Of a stretch of 64,000 bases of DNA, positions 62,851 to 64,000 are shown piece by piece. Position numbers and translations under genes: made by a program. The notes under the pieces are model-generated. The model made no database searches, was not told the DNA's origin, and was given only the letters and a program-made list of their open reading frames with translations. Source of the DNA: Klebsormidium nitens (Eukaryota; Plantae; Klebsormidiophyceae); NCBI GenBank assembly GCA_000708835.1, contig DF237418.1:1-64000 (forward strand), written 5' to 3'. Within the stretch, counting starts at the first letter, position 1. Each line of letters starts with the position of its first letter.

Positions 62851-63846
62851 ATGGGGATTACAACGTTCGAAGGTCTAAATAATGACGTTGTCTGCCTCAT
62901 CCTGGACAAGACGCTGAAGCCATATCCTCCTGGCATTGATAGTGAAACGATTGCAAGATTTGCATGCGTTTCATCTCGCTACGCAAATCTGGTGAAGGAG
63001 CGCGGCTGGGAGCGCGCATGCAGGAATGCGCTGCCAGATGTGTGTGAGATCCTGCTGAGGGGAGACAAGGAGAGCCCGGGAGATGCAGGTTGGGACTGCT
63101 TTGCAAAGCTGCTGACTAGGTGCCCTGGCTATCAAAGCAAGATGGTGAACCAAGTGATGATCAAGAACCACATACCCGAAGGTCTAGACTTCCTTGACAT
63201 CACAAGGCGCCAGGGCTTCAGTGGACGAACCAGGGCCCTCGATACCTTCGATATTGCTCTGGAGAGTCACGTTTGCGACGGCTGGCTTCCTATTGTGCCT
63301 CTGAGAGCCACTTTGGAAGCAGGAGATACCATTCTGCCAGGTCTGATCCGCAACAAGAGTCCGTTCTTCCTGCTCAGCAACTATGAAAGTGGCTCCTGTC
63401 ATGTTGTCCAAAGCACGTACACGGAATGGATTACACAGCGTGCGACATGGAACGTCTGGGAAGCGGTCCCCAAAGCACAGAGAGATGTAACGTTTCCGCT
63501 ACAGGATACAAACGTTGCGATAGCAAAGGTCTACCGAGGCATGGTAGCTGACGTCAGCGCCCTCGCTCCTGGCTTTGCGCACAAACGGGGCGACAAAACA
63601 ATCTGCGAAGACGAGCCGGCTGCTTTGAATGTCGACCGCAAGGCAGCACTGAAGATGCCAGCAGCAAAACAGTGCCCCTTTTGTGCAAAGCCGATGCAGC
63701 GCATCTCGTCCCGCTTCCACAGCGAAAGCTTTCGCGATTCGTTTGGCGCAGCATACGCAGAATTCCACATCTGCTCTTCTGGACACGTCTACGGAATGAG
63801 TGCGGTGAAGGTCTACCCCAGCAGGAGAACCGACGCCTCCGATTAA
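62851..63846 (+). CDS. EID1-like F-box protein, intronless, 331 aa from the ATG at 62851
   Basis: Open frame. N-terminal F-box-like segment GLNNDVVCLILD..ARFACVSSRY..WERAC..LP, then GWDCFAKLLTRCPG, KVYRG and C-terminal CPFC...HICSSGHVYG. This resembles the plant EID1/EDL family layout. Confidence 0.75.
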   Translation: MGITTFEGLNNDVVCLILDKTLKPYPPGIDSETIARFACVSSRYANLVKERGWERACRNALPDVCEILLRGDKESPGDAGWDCFAKLLTRCPGYQSKMVNQVMIKNHIPEGLDFLDITRRQGFSGRTRALDTFDIALESHVCDGWLPIVPLRATLEAGDTILPGLIRNKSPFFLLSNYESGSCHVVQSTYTEWITQRATWNVWEAVPKAQRDVTFPLQDTNVAIAKVYRGMVADVSALAPGFAHKRGDKTICEDEPAALNVDRKAALKMPAAKQCPFCAKPMQRISSRFHSESFRDSFGAAYAEFHICSSGHVYGMSAVKVYPSRRTDASD

Positions 63847-64000
63847 AAATGTTGCGACGAAGGTAAGAGATTGTCTCGTGCTGTTGGTAGAGATGATACT
63901 TCAGAAGAACGCTTACGTAAGAGGTCCCAGTTCTGCCACGGCCCCGACTCTTCCGGAGCTTTCCACCTGTAAGGATAGAGATACGTGTTCTAGCTTGACC

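Noticed and set aside
1-64000. rRNA, tRNA or prokaryotic operon/defence system
   Set aside because: No tRNA cloverleaf or rRNA-like sequence was recognised, and the genes are spliceosomal-intron-rich eukaryotic genes.

Overview
Eukaryotic, intron-rich nuclear DNA. I infer a flagellated streptophyte green alga of the Klebsormidium type: the PEX12, VPS18 and EID1-like proteins are land-plant-like, and a Chlamydomonas-like flagellar DRC1 is also present. Spliced gene models, built by hand from GT/GC-AG sites with reading phase checked: PEX12 (+, 10597-15113, 7 exons), a bestrophin-family channel (+, about 20557 to at least 26563, ends uncertain), DRC1/CCDC164 (-, 37605-45974, 11 exons) and VPS18 (+, 47013-60864, 18 exons including one GC-AG intron). 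There is also an intronless EID1-like F-box gene (+, 62851-63846) and an orphan membrane-protein ORF (35.6-36.45 kb). Between these lie a decayed partial duplicate of the PEX12 5' end, several stop-riddled gene remnants, two clear non-autonomous DNA transposons, an intronic fold-back element and a minisatellite. The most striking pattern is 'splice-junction echoes'. In three genes the introns carry serial, decaying tandem copies of the neighbouring exon edge together with its splice site. Acceptor plus exon-start copies lie upstream of the exon, exon-end plus donor copies lie downstream, and several series show an identity gradient toward the functional exon. No database searches were run; family calls rest on recalled sequences and motifs.
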